Assembly (NCBI GenBank): GCA_028711205.1
Contig: JAQTSP010000001.1
Span: 1-35,254, forward strand
Length of the DNA stretch: 35,254 nucleotides
Origin: Eubacteriales bacterium
GTDB taxonomy: Bacteria; Bacillota; Clostridia; Christensenellales; SZUA-584
Direction: 5' to 3'
Below the pieces are notes generated by a model that ran no database searches, had not been told where the DNA came from, and saw only the letters and a list, made by a program, of their open reading frames with translations. Positions 35,253-35,254 of this stretch are shown here, piece by piece. The position numbers and the translations under genes are program-made. How positions within the stretch are numbered: position 1 is the stretch's first letter; every line of letters starts with the position of its first letter.

Positions 35253-35254
35253 AA

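Overview
This window looks like a core chromosomal segment of an endospore-forming Firmicute of the Clostridia type, with roughly 50% GC. Gene packing is tight, and about 36 of 37 protein genes lie on the minus strand.

It joins two blocks that are syntenic with Bacillus and Clostridium:
- Block 1: ppdK, a dGTPase-like gene, dnaG, sigA, trmK, a Nif3-family gene, a Zn-ribbon gene and rnpB.
- Block 2: a NodB-like gene, an M16 peptidase, dpaA, dpaB, a tepA-like gene, ftsK, rimO, pgsA and recA, followed by tlyA, nadK, argR, recN, spoIVB, spo0A and spoIIM.

I see no mobile element, CRISPR array, prophage or recognisable defence system.

Two non-coding RNA genes are not explained by the ORF track:
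- A type-A RNase P RNA (1940-2283, minus) abuts the stop codon of the Zn-ribbon gene.
- An ORF-free, highly structured transcription unit of about 610 nt (19228-19838, minus) has its own near-consensus promoter. It is followed by a 4-TM protein gene and then tlyA-nadK-argR-recN. I interpret this as an OLE-class large ncRNA with its OapA-like membrane partner. This is the most unusual element in the window.

Other points worth a second look:
- A recN terminator whose 3' arm is the spoIVB Shine-Dalgarno sequence.
- A small membrane protein that looks like a single Trk/Ktr-type pore loop fused to an RCK_C (TrkA-C) domain.
- A possibly leaderless nadK.
- A TTG-initiated Lys-rich N-terminal extension on SigA.
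- A catalytically degenerate NodB-like protein.
- An orphan sugar-binding lipoprotein.
- The 5' end of a giant NdvB-like glucan synthase gene, which runs off the left edge and is absent from the ORF track.

All family assignments come from motif recognition by eye. No searches were run.
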